In this document: one piece after another, positions 18,087 to 28,494 of the stretch
How positions within the stretch are numbered: the first letter of the stretch is position 1
Layout: the number at the start of each line of letters is the position of its first letter
Assembly (NCBI GenBank): GCA_027366525.1
Contig: DAHXKG010000013.1
Coordinates: forward strand, 294-45,666
Length of the DNA stretch: 45,373 bases
Direction: 5' to 3'
DNA from: a candidate division FCPU426 bacterium
GTDB lineage: Bacteria > Oederibacteriota > Muellerivitia > Muellerivitales > DAHXKG01
Notes under the pieces: generated by a model
What the model was told of the DNA's origin: nothing
Seen by the model: the letters and a program-made list of their open reading frames with translations, nothing else
The model's database searches: none
Position numbers and translations under genes: made by a program

Positions 18087-19247
18087 ATGAATGTTCTCCG
18101 ATGTGTTTCTAGTTTAGCCGAATCAACTGGTGGACCTGCTGTCACAATTCCAACTCTTACTTCCTATTTATCTCAAGAAGGTATTCGTAATCACTTAATC
18201 TGTTTAGATAATTCATATCCTATGGCTGAAACTAAATCGTTTGCATCTTTAACCACGATAAATAAAGCAGAAGTAAATTTCTTTAATCCCTTATGGGTAA
18301 AACGTTTTTATTTAAACCTCGAAAACATTTGTAAATCTAAAAAAATTGATGTGATTCATAACCATGGATTATGGTTGGGAATCAATCATCAAGCTGCTTT
18401 GTTATCATCTAGACTAAAAATTCCCATGGTGACCACTCCCCATGGAATGCTAACAAGTTGGGCATTTAATCATAACCGGTGGAAAAAACAAATTGCTTGG
18501 TTTCTCTACCAAAGACGTGATCTTTTAAAATCTGCCGTAATTCATACGACCTCGGTCAGTGAATCAGAAGATATCCAAAAATTTGGATATCTTGGATCCA
18601 TTGCCATGATACCCCATGGACTTGAACCTTCACCTATTACCGCTACACACCTAACGAATAAAAAAATTCGAGTGGCTCTTTTTCTGTCACGAATTAATCC
18701 CAAAAAGGGATTAATTCATCTCGTTGAAGCATGGGCTAAACTACACCCTAATCAATGGGAACTTTGGATTGCTGGTTTTGATGAATCTGGATATCAAAAA
18801 AAAATTGAAGAATTGGTTAAGACCCTTCAGATAGCACCGTCAATTTTTTTTAAAGGTCCTGTTTTTGGAAATCAAAAATGGACCTTGTATAAACAAGCCG
18901 ATCTTTTCATACTTCCCACGTTTAGTGAAAATTTTGGATTTGCTATTGCTGAAGCACTTTCCAGCGGGCTGCCTGTTATTACTACACATGGAACTCCATG
19001 GAGTGAACTTCTTGAAAAAAAATGTGGTTGGTGGATTCCTATAGGTACTGAACCTCTCATCATTGCATTAAAAGAAGCGATCCAACTTGCCCCCGAACAG
19101 CGACGAACTATGGGGCAAGAAGGTCAACGACTTATTCATGAAAAATACAGTTGGAAAAGTGCTGCTAAACACATGAAACAATTATATGAATGGATTCTAA
19201 ATCCTGAAAGTTCTCCTTCTTTTATTTCCAAAAAATCTAAATCATGA
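18087..19247 (+). CDS. Glycosyltransferase family 4 (GT-B, retaining)
   Basis: 386 aa. C-terminal EX7E-type motif region …FSENFGFAIAEALSSGLPVITT… and overall GT4 architecture. Confidence 0.8.
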   Translation: MNVLRCVSSLAESTGGPAVTIPTLTSYLSQEGIRNHLICLDNSYPMAETKSFASLTTINKAEVNFFNPLWVKRFYLNLENICKSKKIDVIHNHGLWLGINHQAALLSSRLKIPMVTTPHGMLTSWAFNHNRWKKQIAWFLYQRRDLLKSAVIHTTSVSESEDIQKFGYLGSIAMIPHGLEPSPITATHLTNKKIRVALFLSRINPKKGLIHLVEAWAKLHPNQWELWIAGFDESGYQKKIEELVKTLQIAPSIFFKGPVFGNQKWTLYKQADLFILPTFSENFGFAIAEALSSGLPVITTHGTPWSELLEKKCGWWIPIGTEPLIIALKEAIQLAPEQRRTMGQEGQRLIHEKYSWKSAAKHMKQLYEWILNPESSPSFISKKSKS

Positions 19248-19303
19248 TTTAATTTAAACAATATTTCAAAACCTTATCTTTCAAATAAAATGAGCGACCC
19301 AGC

Positions 19304-19873
19304 TCAGTGTTTTTCTATACCCCAATAACTTAAGATTACTCGTCCAAAACTGCCCCACAACTTGAGCATTTCCAACCAAAAAATTCCAGTTTTAAAAAAA
19401 TTTCTAGGTGGTGAATCCGATTCAAGACCATAAACATGGATATTGGATCTCCACAGATAGTAATGTAAAAGAAGGAGCGCTCGTGGCAAATGATACCATG
19501 ACGTTACCAAATCAATGGATCGGATGGGTAATGTTTTAATCAATGCAACGCTAAATCTTGCATTTTCATCTGTGGTTTTAGCATGTGGCTCTAAAATAAT
19601 TATTGCATGACCGGGTTTTCCATTTTGTTGGAACTTATGATGCAAGGCATTCCAAGTAAGGCCTGAAGCCAACCAATAGGGTACCGAGTGCTGTTGACTC
19701 CAATGAATAGCAAAAGGAACACGTGATTCACCACCACTAAAGACAAGTACTAAAGTTGGATTCGAAATACCTTGATTACGCTCTGTAATAACATGAGCGT
19801 AATAAGCTAATTGTATTATTAAACCTAATCCTAGGATAAGAATTATTTTTAAAATATATTTGGGCTTGATCAA
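19304..19873 (-). CDS. DUF218 (YdcF/ElyC/SanA-like) envelope protein with N-terminal membrane anchor
   Basis: N-terminal hydrophobic helix ILKIILILGLGLIIQLAYY, then LVLVFSGGESRVP… and …LASG resembling the DUF218 core. Sits 63 bp downstream of the LysM gene on the same strand. Weak assignment. Confidence 0.35.
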   Translation of the reverse strand: MIKPKYILKIILILGLGLIIQLAYYAHVITERNQGISNPTLVLVFSGGESRVPFAIHWSQQHSVPYWLASGLTWNALHHKFQQNGKPGHAIIILEPHAKTTDENARFSVALIKTLPIRSIDLVTSWYHLPRALLLLHYYLWRSNIHVYGLESDSPPRNFFKTGIFWLEMLKLWGSFGRVILSYWGIEKH

Positions 19874-19936
19874 ATTTCATAATCCCTGCTTAATAAATTA
19901 GAAAATACACTATTTAAGCTTATTGAAATTTAGCAC

Positions 19937-20908
19937 TTATGGTGCTATGGGATAATCTGATCTATAATTTGGATGCGCCTTTTTCCATTGGTCATATTGA
20001 TAATGCGTCACGTTTTTTCCACGCCATTGAATATATTGAATCGTCCACGCTTCTAAGCGCGCTCTTTCAATCGCACTCCAGCTAACGTCTCGTGGGATAA
20101 CTAAGCGAGTACCAGGTTGCATGATTAAAGGAGCTGATAGATTCTTAAAATTTGCATCGACAATCAAAGGATAGAGCGCCGGATCTCCGTATACTTTTTT
20201 GGCAATTTCCCAAAGTGATTCTGCCTTAAATATGTAATGCATTGTTTTTCTATCATATGCTCGTTTTTCTTGCTCAGACAATGTTCTTGGATGAATCTTA
20301 GGCGTATAAAGCGAACGATAAACTACTTTTCTGGCCCATGGAAATAATTTCGCTGGCACAAACGAATGTACAAAGAAAGTTAATCCAAAACGTAAAGTAA
20401 TGGCTTGGAGTGGTTGTTTCATCGGGGTATAAAAATTATAAAGCATCCCCATATCTAAAGCCCAATGCGGGGTTAGCATATACCAAGTTCCTGCTCCAAT
20501 CATTGCGTGGTAATGTCCACCCCACGTCGGAAGTTTTAAATGTAAAAAGGGATTAAACCCAATACCGCCAATAAAATAAGGTGTCCATATACGATGTTTA
20601 AATGGCATAATACGTCCCATTAAATCAATAGAGCCTTCATATAGTATAGGAGGACCGCTGACTGGACCAAAATAATTATCCATACCCCAATCCAACCCTA
20701 GTGAAATATATTTAATAGGTGCAATTTCAGCTCTTGCATAGGTTCCTAAGGCATTATTTGAAAATTCCAGCGGACTTGGAACAGATAGGTGTCGGGAATA
20801 CTGGCCTTCAAGTGTAAAGAAATAATTTGGCTGATCTGCCGACCACCCTAATTTGGTAATGATGAATGTCCCTATAAAAAATACTAAAATCCAAGTCCAT
20901 TTTTTCAT
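19937..20908 (-). CDS. Secreted protein with C-terminal LysM peptidoglycan-binding domain (N-terminal Gly/aromatic-rich, possibly beta-barrel, domain)
   Basis: Signal peptide MKKWTWILVFFIGTFIITKLGWSA. The C-terminal SLWEIAKKVYGDPALYPLIVDANFKNLSAPLIMQPGTRLVIP is a canonical LysM. The preceding ~200 aa are rich in G/Y/W/F with alternating hydrophobicity. Confidence 0.6.
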   Translation of the reverse strand: MKKWTWILVFFIGTFIITKLGWSADQPNYFFTLEGQYSRHLSVPSPLEFSNNALGTYARAEIAPIKYISLGLDWGMDNYFGPVSGPPILYEGSIDLMGRIMPFKHRIWTPYFIGGIGFNPFLHLKLPTWGGHYHAMIGAGTWYMLTPHWALDMGMLYNFYTPMKQPLQAITLRFGLTFFVHSFVPAKLFPWARKVVYRSLYTPKIHPRTLSEQEKRAYDRKTMHYIFKAESLWEIAKKVYGDPALYPLIVDANFKNLSAPLIMQPGTRLVIPRDVSWSAIERARLEAWTIQYIQWRGKNVTHYQYDQWKKAHPNYRSDYPIAP

Positions 20909-21464
20909 TAAACATGCTCTCTTTCTAATTTTAAAGTTTCCAAACTAAGTATCATCGGCAAACTAAAAAACATAGTTTAGCGATTATACTTAAAATCGTT
21001 ATTTCAATTCAACTATAAATAATCATGACACTATCTTATTATTTGTTATTAAAATTATATATAAATTCATCAAGTCGATTTCCCAGTATCCTCAAATTTT
21101 TGAACATATTTTGAATGTGTATAATTAATACATTTCATCTTGACATTAGAAAACACTTTTTTAAAAACATTTGTATTTTGAGATTATTTTCCATACTTGC
21201 CCTGTTTTTGGCGGGAAAATAAACTGTCTTCACTATGCATTTAGATTATAAAATCAATTGAAAATCATATTTGCAATTCTAATTCACTAGCTATAAGTTT
21301 GGTAATTAACAATTCAAATTTTTAAATGCCAACCACCTATTAGTCTTCCTTCCCATAAATATTTTTTGTCAAACATATTTTAAGTAAATTCTGTTGCATA
21401 CTTAAATACTTTGCAATTTTAATAATTGAAATCCCCAAAAAAAACAGGTATCCTAAGCACGTTT

Positions 21465-21491
21465 TGTTGACAATTTGAACATTTAGCTAAA
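21465..21491 (+). promoter_or_regulatory. Candidate sigma70-like promoter (TTGACA-15nt-TAAAAT) upstream of the wza-like gene
   Basis: TTGACA at ~21465 and TAAAAT ~15-16 nt downstream, about 40 bp before the ORF start. The spacer is short. If the host is an FCB-group organism the promoter consensus would differ, so confidence is low. Confidence 0.2.
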
Positions 21492-21530
21492 ATCTGAACC
21501 GAACTATTTTAAATTAATGAAAGATGCCTT

Positions 21531-22268
21531 TTGCAGCACACTTTAAATTCATTGAAACATTTTTTCAGGATCCGAATTTGGTTTCTTCTAGTGGCCGAAG
21601 GAGTAATCCTTTTTGGAATTCCATGGATGGTGCTAGCTCACGCCAAATCATTCAAATACCCACCGCTTTTAATTGGCCCAGGTGATTTACTCAAAATTAC
21701 TGTTTATAATCATTCATCCAACTATGTTTCCAATACCTCCAAAGCCTTTTTATCCGCCTCCAGTCCGATTCCAACACATTATTTAGTTGATTATAATGGA
21801 AAAATTTTTTTCCCGTTTATTGGTTCGGTGAAAATTTCCGGCCTATCCCAAATCCAAGCCAGTCTTTTTCTAATGAAAAAACTTTCACCTTTTCTCAAAT
21901 TTCCTCAAGTAACCGTACTGATCGAAAAATCCAATAGCTACAATATTGCCGTCCTAGGAGATGTAACACACCCTGGGCAATACATGATTCGAGGACAACC
22001 AACACTTTTATCCATGCTTGCCGAAGCGGGAGGACCAGCCCCCACTGCGAACCTTGGAAATGCAGTTTTAATTCATGGAACCCATAAAACTCTCATTAAC
22101 CTTAATTTATATTTAAACGATACCCATTATCTCGGTAAACAACCCGAAGTGTACCCGGGTGATATTCTCTTCATCCCTAAAAGTCCATGGCCCTCGTTAA
22201 CAACCCTTGCCATCCTAGCAAGCGTTCTTTCAAGCGCTTCTATTATTTATGCCACACTTCATCACTAA
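21531..22268 (+). CDS. wza: Polysaccharide export protein, Wza-like (Poly_export + SLBB)
   Basis: N-terminal hydrophobic segment. PGDLLKITVYNHSS and …YPGDILFIPKS match the polysaccharide-export/SLBB motifs of Wza/KpsD-family proteins. The length (245 aa) is short for this family. Confidence 0.7.
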   Translation: MQHTLNSLKHFFRIRIWFLLVAEGVILFGIPWMVLAHAKSFKYPPLLIGPGDLLKITVYNHSSNYVSNTSKAFLSASSPIPTHYLVDYNGKIFFPFIGSVKISGLSQIQASLFLMKKLSPFLKFPQVTVLIEKSNSYNIAVLGDVTHPGQYMIRGQPTLLSMLAEAGGPAPTANLGNAVLIHGTHKTLINLNLYLNDTHYLGKQPEVYPGDILFIPKSPWPSLTTLAILASVLSSASIIYATLHH

Positions 22269-22297
22269 GCCATCCTGCATTATATGATTAAATCTTA

Positions 22298-23950
22298 TTG
22301 GGAGAAATTATGGATACTTCAGTACTAGAAGAACAGCCCTCTGATCTTAGCTTAAAAGAACTCCTACAAATTTTTTGGCACCATATTAAACTCATTATCT
22401 TAGTGACTTTGCTTTTTTTGGGACTTGCAATTATTTATGCTTTGCATTGTCCCCCGGTTTACGAAGCTCGTGCAACTATTAAAATACCTCCGTCTGGTAG
22501 ATCCATGCAAAATGTCCTTCAGCATCTTTCACTTTTACCCAATAGCGAAGATCCCATGCAAACCTACTTGGAATTGGCTAAATCACGATCCATTGCCAAT
22601 GCATGCATTAAAAAATTGCATTTGAATCAATGGCCGCAATTTAAAAAACTCACCTCGGCTCAATTAGAACAGTTAATTCTTAAAAATATTTCTGTCGCCT
22701 CGATTCATCATTCGAATATCCTTTCCATTCAATCCAAAGCAGCTACCCCTATAGAAGCTGCTGAGCTGGCTAATGCTTGGGTTAAAAATTTCATCCACTT
22801 GAATTTAATTTTGAACCAAAAGGGAGCTGAATCGCGTTATCAATTCATTCATCACCAGCTCCAACAAATTAAGAACAAGCTTTTAAAGGATGAAAAAATC
22901 AAAAAAAATTTTTTAAACCCATCCTATTCCGCTGAATCAGATGGACTTCTCTATCGATGGTTATTGGAACAAAATCAAGCTGCTAAAATTGCTGCACATA
23001 TTAATGAATCTGGAATTGAAGTGGTTGATCCTGCCTCTGCCCCCACCTATCCTGTTAGTCCTCATAAAGCAAGAATTGTAATCATGGGGCTTTTTTTGGG
23101 AATTTTTTTAAGTACACAATTAGCTTTTTGGCTCGATCGATTTCAGGATCGAATACGCACCGAAGAAGAATTGCGTCACCTCACGAAATTAAATTTATTA
23201 GCTCATATTCCTAATTTTCGGCATAGGAATCTGAAAATGAAAACATCCAGTCGATTTTCCAAGGACTATTTGATTGGAAATCCAAAATTTGAATTTTCTT
23301 ATTATCGAGAAAGCTTTAAAATTTTAAGAACCAATCTTACTTTTGCACAAGTTGATCATCCTCTTCAAACCATCAGTATCCTTTCTCCCAGTCCTCAAGA
23401 GGGAAAAACGCTTATAAATTCTGATTTCGCACTAAGTTTAGCGGAGACTGGAAAAAAAGTCCTTTTAGTTGATGCAGATTTACGCAACCCTTCCATTGCT
23501 GCAACCTTTGAACTCCCTATTGAATCTTACGGTGGTTTGCCGCTTTTAATTGCCGGAAAAGCTGAACTTTTAAAGTCTATTATTGATTCAAATTTTAAAA
23601 ATTTGTGGTTGTTGCCAAATCAAGTTTTCCCTCCTAATCCAGCCGAATTACTTGGATCACATGCCTTTCAGACCTTGATCCACGAAATGAAGCAACACTT
23701 TGATATTATTATTTTTGATGGTCCTCCCCTCTTGCCTGTTACCGATTCCATCTTGTTATCTAAACAATTAGATGGCGTTATTCTTTTGGCTTATTATGAT
23801 CAAACTCGTCGAGCAAATCTCAAAAAAATCTTAACTCAATTACATATGATTCATTGTCCTTTATTAGGGACTATTTTGAATGGAGTTGAAATGAATAAAA
23901 ATGAATATACTTATTACTATCCCTATAGCCGCAGAACTACTTCAGCCTAG
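22298..23950 (+). CDS. wzc: Wzc-like polysaccharide co-polymerase / bacterial tyrosine autokinase (Wzz domain + P-loop ATPase + C-terminal Tyr cluster)
   Basis: N-terminal Wzz-type TM1 (IKLIILVTLLFLGLAIIYAL) and second TM (IVIMGLFLGIFLSTQLAFWL). Walker A SPSPQEGKTLINSDFALSLAETGKKVLLVDADLRNPS, Walker B IIIFDGPP. The C-terminus NEYTYYYPYS is tyrosine-rich. Confidence 0.8.
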   Translation: MGEIMDTSVLEEQPSDLSLKELLQIFWHHIKLIILVTLLFLGLAIIYALHCPPVYEARATIKIPPSGRSMQNVLQHLSLLPNSEDPMQTYLELAKSRSIANACIKKLHLNQWPQFKKLTSAQLEQLILKNISVASIHHSNILSIQSKAATPIEAAELANAWVKNFIHLNLILNQKGAESRYQFIHHQLQQIKNKLLKDEKIKKNFLNPSYSAESDGLLYRWLLEQNQAAKIAAHINESGIEVVDPASAPTYPVSPHKARIVIMGLFLGIFLSTQLAFWLDRFQDRIRTEEELRHLTKLNLLAHIPNFRHRNLKMKTSSRFSKDYLIGNPKFEFSYYRESFKILRTNLTFAQVDHPLQTISILSPSPQEGKTLINSDFALSLAETGKKVLLVDADLRNPSIAATFELPIESYGGLPLLIAGKAELLKSIIDSNFKNLWLLPNQVFPPNPAELLGSHAFQTLIHEMKQHFDIIIFDGPPLLPVTDSILLSKQLDGVILLAYYDQTRRANLKKILTQLHMIHCPLLGTILNGVEMNKNEYTYYYPYSRRTTSA

Positions 23951-23977
23951 TTCTTAAAAATAAAGAGGTTCGAATCC

Positions 23978-25612
23978 ATGCACCATTTATATCTACTTTC
24001 TCTTGTAGCTTCCTGCGTAATCAGCCTTGGTGTTACCCCTCTCTTTATTTACTGGGCAAAACGTCGAAATTATTTAGATCATCCTACTCATCGAAAAAAT
24101 CACGAAAAACCCGTTGCCTATCTTGGCGGATTAGCTATTTTTATTACCGTACTTGTGACTTTAGGAATTAATGCTTGGCTAAACCCCAACCCACTTTTAA
24201 AACAGTTAACTTCTCCTAGTATTCGAAAACTCGAATATATTCTCATTTGTACTTTGGGTATGCTTTTTATTGGATTATGGGATGACTTAGGAAAACCACC
24301 TATTCGATATAAGTTTTTAGGACAACTTTTTTTTACATCTTTATTTGTTTTCGGAGGTTATCGTTTTGATTTTTTTTATATTTCAAAATTAATAGCATTC
24401 CATTTAGGAATTTTTGCAATTCCCTTCACCATTTTTTGGATGCTTTCAATTATAAACGCAATCAATATGATTGATGGACTCGATGGCCTTGCTGCATCGG
24501 TAACCATTGGGAGTCTATTTTTTATTAGTATGGCTGCCGGTGTATTGGGTAATTCTCATGAGTGCATCTTAAGTTTAGCCACTTTGGGTGCTCTGTTAGG
24601 CTGGATTGGCTATAATTGGTCCCCAGCAAAAATGTACCTGGGAGACTCCGGATCAAATGCCTTAGGCATGTTGATCGCTGGACTCTTAGCATCTTTGGGA
24701 TGTACTCAACCCGTCTTCCCCCTGCATCCGCTTTCACACCCCAAAGTTTTTCAAGCTTTTCCATATCAAATTATTGTTGTCACCTTAATGGTTGCTTATC
24801 CGGTTATTGAAATCATACTTTCCGTCTTTCGTCGATTATTGCGTGGAAGTCCCATTAGTCGAGCCGATAAAGGTCATATTCATCACCGGTTTCTCAAGCT
24901 GGGTTGGTCTCCTGCAGCTATTTGCGGAATTTTGCTTTTAAGTTCGCTTTTCCCCGGAACCGCCGCCCTAGCTATTTTAACCCATGAATATGAATTGGCC
25001 ATTGGACTGTTGCTTATTTTTGGCTTGTTATTTGGAATTTCACTTCCCTTGCTCGGATTTTTAAATTTCCTGGAACCAAAAAGTTTGATCCTACGTCGCC
25101 CTCATTTTTTGATTGCCAATCACTTTATCCAAATGCAGGAATTAAAGCTTCCACTTATTCATGATCCAGAAGAAATTTTTACATTACTCACCCAAACTTG
25201 CATTGAATTCGGAGTTCAAGGATACAAAATATCAGTCCCTTCTAAAAAAATAGAACATTCTTGGGAACGACCCTTGGATGAACATCGAGCTTACTTAACT
25301 TACCTCAAAACAGATCTCACACATCCAGATCTAAAACAGTTTCACGATAAAATCTTTCTTGAAAACAATGATGGAAAAGCCTATTGGATTTTTGACCCTT
25401 ATACGGAAGAAGTTGACCTTGATATTGAATATCGAGTTCTCATCAGTGACCTTATGAAAAAAGTACTCTTACATCTCGCTCATTTATCTCTTACTACCGC
25501 AACTCATTCAGAAACGCAAGTTCATCCCCAAGTACGAATAAGTTCCAAATTATTAAACCGTCAGGATCCCTTGACACATCCTCGAAGTTCATCTGCCAAA
25601 CATAAAACCTAA
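23978..25612 (+). CDS. Polyprenyl-phosphate sugar-1-phosphate transferase (WecA/MraY/WbpL family, PNPT) with ~200-aa C-terminal cytoplasmic extension
   Basis: Multi-TM protein with the PNPT signature NAINMIDGLDGLA and Mg-binding DD (WDDLG). Family members are ~330-370 aa. Here residues ~340-544 form an extra soluble domain of unrecognised family. Confidence 0.75.
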   Translation: MHHLYLLSLVASCVISLGVTPLFIYWAKRRNYLDHPTHRKNHEKPVAYLGGLAIFITVLVTLGINAWLNPNPLLKQLTSPSIRKLEYILICTLGMLFIGLWDDLGKPPIRYKFLGQLFFTSLFVFGGYRFDFFYISKLIAFHLGIFAIPFTIFWMLSIINAINMIDGLDGLAASVTIGSLFFISMAAGVLGNSHECILSLATLGALLGWIGYNWSPAKMYLGDSGSNALGMLIAGLLASLGCTQPVFPLHPLSHPKVFQAFPYQIIVVTLMVAYPVIEIILSVFRRLLRGSPISRADKGHIHHRFLKLGWSPAAICGILLLSSLFPGTAALAILTHEYELAIGLLLIFGLLFGISLPLLGFLNFLEPKSLILRRPHFLIANHFIQMQELKLPLIHDPEEIFTLLTQTCIEFGVQGYKISVPSKKIEHSWERPLDEHRAYLTYLKTDLTHPDLKQFHDKIFLENNDGKAYWIFDPYTEEVDLDIEYRVLISDLMKKVLLHLAHLSLTTATHSETQVHPQVRISSKLLNRQDPLTHPRSSSAKHKT

Positions 25613-25637
25613 ATTTTTTAAATTATTTCAGATTAGA

Positions 25638-26744
25638 TCATGATTTTGAAATCGATGATGTGATGTTTAAATTGTTGAGAATTTTTTCACACCCACTTAA
25701 TACTTCAGCAACTGAAATAGAAAGAATACATTGTTTTTGTTTTAAAATGCAATCATCTAGCTCACAACCTTCACATTCTATCGGTGTTCGATAAATGTGA
25801 TGCCCTTGTCCATAGGGATACCATAGCCCTGGATACTGTGCTGATGAAAAAATGGCAATGCAGGAAATGCCGACAGAAGCAGCCAAATGCATTGTACCTG
25901 TATCATTACCACAATAAAGCCAACAACGCTGAAGTGCAATGGCAGATAACCGAACTGATACTTTTCCTGCAAAATTATAGCCACAATTTAACCTTTTAAT
26001 CAAATCCTGACCTAAATCAAAATCATCCACCCCTCCTAGAATTACAGGCCAAATTGAATATTTTTCAATTAATACAGTCAGCACCTTTTGATATCGCTCC
26101 AAAGGCCAAATGGAAATTGATCGATTGGATGCAATTCCACAAGCTATCCATGGTCTTGAAAAATCATTTGGCAATTTGCTAATAATTGTTTGAAATGACT
26201 TTTCTTCTTCAGAAGTCAAATTAATACTGGGATTACCACAATTAATATCGGGCACCTTTAGTCCTGAAGCTTTTAGCCGCAATAAAAATCGATCGGCCTC
26301 CCGCTCTACCAATGGCAAAAACGAGTTGGGCTGACGTGGAGGCAATGGAAAATCTTCTTTAATTCCAATTGTTTTTTTGATACCAACCAGTTTAAAAAAA
26401 ATGGAATCTCTCTTTTTTTGCCATCCTGTTCTTCCCGATGGGGCAAAATATACCAGAAGATCAAATTTAGTTTTTCGGATCATGAACACAATTTTTAAAA
26501 AATTAAAAAAACTTTTAAAGCCTTGAATTCGTGATGAGTAATGAAAATATCCAGAAAAAAAATCCGAATGATCAAAAATCTGTTCCGCCGTTACTTTTTT
26601 ACTTTGATTCTCTGAATTTGAAAGAAGAAAAAGTGTTGCATACGGGAAATTTTCTTTCAGAACCCATATCGAAGGTACCATAATAAGCATGTCACCTAAT
26701 GAACCTATTCTAAAAATCAAAATTTTTTTGACTTTTTCACTCAT
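25638..26744 (-). CDS. Glycosyltransferase family 9 (ADP-heptose:LPS heptosyltransferase-like)
   Basis: N-terminal KILIFRIGSLGDMLIMVPSIWVLKENFP matches the GT9 signature (ILIIRxSxLGDxI). GT-B length (368 aa). Convergent with the WecA-like gene. Confidence 0.7.
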   Translation of the reverse strand: MSEKVKKILIFRIGSLGDMLIMVPSIWVLKENFPYATLFLLSNSENQSKKVTAEQIFDHSDFFSGYFHYSSRIQGFKSFFNFLKIVFMIRKTKFDLLVYFAPSGRTGWQKKRDSIFFKLVGIKKTIGIKEDFPLPPRQPNSFLPLVEREADRFLLRLKASGLKVPDINCGNPSINLTSEEEKSFQTIISKLPNDFSRPWIACGIASNRSISIWPLERYQKVLTVLIEKYSIWPVILGGVDDFDLGQDLIKRLNCGYNFAGKVSVRLSAIALQRCWLYCGNDTGTMHLAASVGISCIAIFSSAQYPGLWYPYGQGHHIYRTPIECEGCELDDCILKQKQCILSISVAEVLSGCEKILNNLNITSSISKS

Positions 26745-27063
26745 TTATAATCCACCCAAATCATCAAATTCAGATTTTCTTTACAATAATTGAAATATTT
26801 TAATTTCATTGACTTTAAAAAATGGCACCTTAAAAACTTTATTACTTTAATACACCTAAATCAGTTATTTTATTCTTAAGAAGTTCTGAATTTCAGTGAT
26901 AAATCAAAAAAATTCAGAACGGACATTCTGGAACTTGTTTTTGTATCCAATATGTACTCTCTATCTATCAAAGTTCAAAACCATTTTTTCACCATTTGTG
27001 TTCAATTGTAGCCTTTGCTCTTGTGATATTATCAATGTATAATATCTAACGTTTAATCTTGAA

Positions 27064-28452
27064 TTATTTATTCCTTGATTTCACTTGTTTTTTTATCCAC
27101 TCAAAAACTTTAAAGAGAATAAATAAAATCAATACATTTCTCAAAATAATCCAATCTGCTATTAAATTGGTTTGAAAAAAGAAAGCGATTGTGAGTGCAG
27201 CAGAAAAAACACATAATGAAAAAAAAACATTTCCCATTTTAAATAAAAGGCCTGAAACTTTTTCAAGAAAAACCAATAGGCCACCTAGTAATAGCCCCAT
27301 AAAGAAAGCTCCTGGAATACCCCAATCTGCGCATCCAAAAAATGGCCAATCCACCCCACGATCTCGCGAAGCCATTCCATAAAAATGTTCAATATATTGA
27401 AGGGGCTGACGATGTAAATATTTTTGATCTAAAAACACCTTGGGGACAACCCAATATAATGTTCGAACTATCGCTCTCCCCATCATCAGCGGTTGCGTGT
27501 TTTGTTTTTTTAAAATTCGAGCTATCGGGCGAATAATTAATGCCCGATGAGACATATTTCGGGCATATCTTTTCCCCCACGTGTGGAGTACTGGATGCGT
27601 TATTAAATACGATGCAATGGCAGAAACTTTAGTCAAAGGCGATAAATAATGAAAGCGATAGGAAGCAATCCGAATATCCAAGTACAATGGAAAAATGAAA
27701 CTATTTGCAAAAACAATTAGAGCAAGAGCACCTATCACAAATTTAAATTTTACTTTTTTTTCATTAATCAGATAAATGATGAAAATCAAGACCAAAAAAA
27801 AAGCCATTTCTCTTCGAGCGTAAATGAGTGCAAAAACAAATTCACTCAATAAAATGACCATAGAAATTAATTTATTTTTTCCTTTTAAAAAAGAAGTCAC
27901 ACTCCAAACCACACAAATATATTTAAATAATCCAATCATCATATTGATCGAGGTTAACCAATATGGCAATTTCACCCATGTTGATTTATTTATTCCTGAC
28001 AAAAATCCAGCTTTTAAATCAAAAAGTATTTGAAAAAAAAACGTACCAATAAAAAACAAGATCATAGATGTTGGGTCCACGAATAAAATAAAAGATGTAA
28101 TTACTTTTAAAAAACCACCCAAGTACTCTTGTGTACCATTTTTAATTTTGAATTTTGGGGTCCATGCACGCATTAAAAATAAGCCATAGATGAAAAAAAG
28201 AACAGCTCCGTAAGTCTCCAAGAGTATATACAAACTGACATCACTCAATTTGTGATTTCCATAATAAAATGAAATCCAAGGTGCAAATCCAAAAATCGCC
28301 GCATTGCTCCAAATTGCCAAATCAATTGTTGAAAAAATTTCAAAATTATTTCTAATTTTCAAAAATGTGAAAATACCAGTCAGACCGATTAAAAGGCCTA
28401 AAATTAATTCTATCGCCACGTTATTCATTTTAAACAAATTCCATATAAACAC
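27064..28452 (-). CDS. Polytopic membrane protein, putative Wzy-like oligosaccharide repeat-unit polymerase / O-antigen ligase-like
   Basis: 462 aa with ~10-12 hydrophobic helices and a large loop rich in R/H/W near the C-terminal third. Sits between GT genes and the flippase in the glycan operon. Sequence-level family assignment is weak, as usual for Wzy. Confidence 0.4.
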   Translation of the reverse strand: MFIWNLFKMNNVAIELILGLLIGLTGIFTFLKIRNNFEIFSTIDLAIWSNAAIFGFAPWISFYYGNHKLSDVSLYILLETYGAVLFFIYGLFLMRAWTPKFKIKNGTQEYLGGFLKVITSFILFVDPTSMILFFIGTFFFQILFDLKAGFLSGINKSTWVKLPYWLTSINMMIGLFKYICVVWSVTSFLKGKNKLISMVILLSEFVFALIYARREMAFFLVLIFIIYLINEKKVKFKFVIGALALIVFANSFIFPLYLDIRIASYRFHYLSPLTKVSAIASYLITHPVLHTWGKRYARNMSHRALIIRPIARILKKQNTQPLMMGRAIVRTLYWVVPKVFLDQKYLHRQPLQYIEHFYGMASRDRGVDWPFFGCADWGIPGAFFMGLLLGGLLVFLEKVSGLLFKMGNVFFSLCVFSAALTIAFFFQTNLIADWIILRNVLILFILFKVFEWIKKQVKSRNK

Positions 28453-28494
28453 ATTTTTTTCATACTGAATATTCTAAAAAGTGAATTTTAAAAT

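Noticed and set aside
17831-18112. 93-aa ORF overlapping the start of the GT4 gene
   Set aside because: AT-rich and lies in the tRNA-GT4 spacer. No motifs. Overlaps the better-supported GT4 start. Probably promoter/5'-UTR sequence.
21140-21180. TTGACA hexamer at ~21140 considered as a promoter -35 element
   Set aside because: No acceptable -10 hexamer at 16-19 bp spacing. The alternative TTGACA-15-TAAAAT at ~21465 is closer to the gene and is reported with low confidence instead.
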